From: the human T2T-CHM13v2.0 reference genome, Homo sapiens
DNA: 64,000 nucleotides
NCBI RefSeq assembly: GCF_009914755.1
Contig: NC_060936.1
Strand: one strand, 5' to 3'
Shown here: piece by piece, positions 63,951 to 64,000 of the stretch
Position numbering within the stretch: the stretch's first letter is position 1
How the letters are laid out: each line of letters begins with the position of its first letter
The notes under the pieces: model-generated
The model's database searches: none
The model's input: only the letters and a program-made list of their open reading frames with translations
Told to the model about the DNA's origin: nothing
Translations under genes and position numbers: made by a program

Positions 63951-64000
63951 TAGTGGCAGAAACAGGACAAAGAATCACTGCCAATTTTGTAAAAAGAGAG

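Overview
Primate (almost certainly human) genomic DNA containing the 3' half of BCAT1 (cytosolic branched-chain aminotransferase) on the minus strand. Six coding exons (6-11 of the canonical 11-exon model, residues ~171-386) have clean GT-AG sites and consistent phases. They encode the PLP-binding Lys222 and the redox CXXC motif, and are followed by an ~8 kb 3' UTR with at least two AATAAA poly(A) signals. The window ends inside intron 5. The rest is intronic or intergenic and rich in repeats: about 25 Alu/FLAM/FAM copies, L1, L2, MIR, DNA transposons, and an LTR/ERV cluster (MER57, MSTA, MER39, MLT1B, MER41-int plus MER41B, LTR12, MER61), all antisense to BCAT1. Repeat family names come from my memory of consensus sequences, not from a search. 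I found no new protein-coding system; almost all other ORFs are repeat-derived or chance. Best leads: (1) a MER41B LTR with two intact GAS sites, one overlapped by a perfect NF-kB palindrome; (2) a 51-nt double-hairpin, A-tailed retrocopy of an unidentified small RNA; (3) 69-bp near-identical direct repeats bracketing the catalytic exon; (4) a 160-bp, ancestrally CpG-rich duplication straddling the distal poly(A) site; (5) an intact antisense LTR12 promoter; (6) an Alu-bracketed, in-frame exon 9-10 circRNA candidate.
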